Positions 61,784 through 64,000 of a DNA stretch of 64,000 nucleotides are shown here, piece after piece. Position 1 is the first letter of the stretch; each line of letters begins with the position of its first letter. The notes under the pieces are model-generated. The model was given only the letters and a program-made list of their open reading frames with translations. It did no database searches and was not told the DNA's origin. Source of the DNA: Entomortierella parvispora E1425 (lineage: Eukaryota; Fungi; Mortierellomycota); the NCBI GenBank assembly GCA_020891255.1, contig BQFW01000001.1, forward strand, positions 186,001 through 250,000, in the 5' to 3' direction. Both the position numbers and the translations under genes were made by a program.

Positions 61784-62742
61784 CGGAAGTGTACCGTCGC
61801 CTTGTTCTCCATCCTTCTCTCCGCAAAGTGTCAATTGAAGCAAACACCTTTCAGCGGCCCTTTCATACAAACACTAACTCGATTCTCCACCTTTGATCAT
61901 CATCTTTCTCCTCCTCATTGTCTTCCACACACAAAGCACACATATAGCACCAAAGCGCTCCACAATGCTGCCCTTCCGCTCTCCCTTCCGGCCAGTAACA
62001 ATCGCGCCTTCATGAACCTCTTTCTTGCCTAACCTCATCTTTAACCTCGGTCTTTCCGATCCGACGATATCAAATCTTCAAGCACGATCTCGACTCCACC
62101 GGCTCAAGACTTGTTTTCGAGGTTGATAGTCCGCTAGGATTGATTTTGGCTGCAAGACTCCCTGTCCAGCTAACTCAAGCGTCGATCCCAAACGCTTCTG
62201 CTTCTCAACACAGCGGGAACAACGGCTGAGGTAGCCCTCTCGCACGGCCATTTCAATCACGAGCCCCGGCGACCAGCAGGCTCGAAATCGGGCAAGTTTG
62301 AAGGTCTTGAGCGGTCTCTTTGACTTTTCTGAACAGCTTTGCTTGGCAACAGATATTAATGAGGTTTTTCTTCTTCCCCTTCTTTTTCTTCCTCTTCCTG
62401 TTTCTCTTTTTCCTCTTCCCCTTCCCCTTCTTCTTTTTCTTCTTCTTGCTATTGTCGTGCAGATCTTTGACTTTGATGTACTTCTTCTTTCCTTCCCTTC
62501 CCTCCCTCCTTCCTTCCTTCGTCGCTGCATCATCATCCCACTCTGATGGTTGCCAAGGTTATGTGAGCAGACGCCTTGGGATGTCTGAGAACATGGGGTG
62601 TCTCGTCTCTTTCGAGGAACCGTACGCAATGGCCACGTAAAGATGCCACCATGGATGGGGCCATCAAAACTCCCCGCCTCTCTCCAAGGGCTCCAAATAC
62701 ACTTTTCACACGTTCCTTCATTAATTAGTGAGTGGGATGGAC

Positions 62743-62775
<33 letters not shown>

Positions 62776-63734
62776 ATGCAATAGAGGGATGCGACGGGGA
62801 GATCAAAGTGGACGCGTTTCACCTAAAAATCAAAAAAAGCCCTAGGGGATGCTGTTGCCTGGTCCATGAAGAGCCTGTCTGCACCAACTTGTTTCTCCTT
62901 GACCTGATGACTCCAATCACTTCAAGGTCTAATACCTTGCAGCTTGCGGTATAGTTTGCGAGGAGGATATGCAACTCCTACTCTGTTTCTGTGTAAAATA
63001 TGAATGACTAGAGATCAGAGAAAGTGGGCAGACAAGCAATCATATAGCGAGTCAAAGATGTTTTCTTACCTGGGTCTAGCATCCGCCACAGCTCTCTTTG
63101 AGAAAGTGGTATGGCAGCTACTGGCGGGCACTGGATGCGCTCAAGAAGATCATTGGGAGGCCAAAAGAAAACGGAATGGAGAGTACAACGGTTTACATGC
63201 ACAGCTACTCCTGCAGGGGGAGCAGACGCGAACAAACAAACAGGGTCAAAATTCTCGACTAGTTGACAGATTAATCGAGATATTTTATCAACGCAAAAAA
63301 ATCCACAAAAAACAAAACAAAAAAAAAATAAAATAAAAAAAAAGAAAGCTTGTTGCCCAATCGAGCAAAAGATCATCGGGCAAAAGAACAAAAGCGGAGC
63401 GGAGCAACAACGGCAGCAGGGTCCGCAGAAGGGACGCTTCCCACCTTCCCCACCTTCCCCACGCTCGCGCGAGGGAACAGATCTTAGATCCGGGCTCGAT
63501 CTGCCGCGTCGGTTCCCTCCCCCGTCGTCGTCGTCGTCTGGGTCTGGATCTCTGTCCTTGTCGGGGTGTGCATGTGCCGCCGTGCGACGTGCAAATAAGC
63601 AATTATTCAATATTCAATACAACCAACCCAGTCAGCGTGCGAGAAGGGTGTGTGTCCAATCGTGGCCATCATGCACAGGTGAGCCAAAAAGGAAGACTGA
63701 AGAAAAAAGGTCGTTTCTGTGGTCCCAATGCCTG

Positions 63735-63860
63735 CGCTCCTTCCTTCCTTCCTTTCGTCCTTCCTTCCTTCCTTTTGTCCTTTTGTCCTTCCTTTTGTCC
63801 TTCCTCCTGTCCTTCCCTCTGTCCCTCCGTCCTTCCTTCCTTCCTTCCTTCCTTCCCTCC
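63735..63860. repeat. (CCTT)n-like pyrimidine microsatellite, possibly in the 5' region of a gene beyond the window
   Basis: ttccttccttcc runs. Confidence 0.8.
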
Positions 63861-64000
63861 ATCCTCTCGTCCACTCCAAAGTCAACCACTCGCCCCATCA
63901 TTCGCTCTCCTCCATCCGCCTCCTTCCCCCCGTCATTGCCTCCCGTCACTACTCAAAACATTCTTTCCTTCCACTAGCATTCATTCTTCTCGTCTTCATT

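Noticed and set aside
1-64000. tRNA, rRNA, snRNA and telomeric repeats
   Set aside because: No cloverleaf, T-loop context, rRNA signature or (TTAGGG)n tract recognised by eye; a tRNAscan-SE/Infernal run would be decisive

Overview
Eukaryotic (fungal) genomic DNA, most likely Mortierellaceae. This is inferred from short GT-AG introns, the F-box/LRR and Crinkler families, and ARM-NACHT-repeat NLR-like genes. From about 7.7 to 24 kb the genes are ordinary: a 7-exon Ubl+PH protein, a GH18 chitinase with two chitin-binding modules, and two tandem F-box/LRR genes. From about 24.8 kb it becomes an accessory/defence-like region. It holds a Kex2-processed 22-Cys secreted peptide, a Crinkler-REase-like gene fused in frame to a DUF1917/Bles03-like domain, a DIRS-type gag remnant, two TIR elements, and a secreted-protein gene bracketed by minisatellites. 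It also holds a P-loop-dead NACHT fragment fused to a 3.2-kb foldback palindrome. A ~9.7-kb tandem duplication follows, each unit carrying a decayed condensin BRN1 fragment and an intact NLR (TPR-like/ARM/NACHT/33-aa HEAT repeats with hypervariable positions). Both window ends share a ~3-3.7 kb direct repeat, which implies another NLR just upstream. No rRNA, tRNA or CRISPR array was recognised. Exon coordinates and identities were derived by hand and domain calls are from motif recognition; no database search was run.
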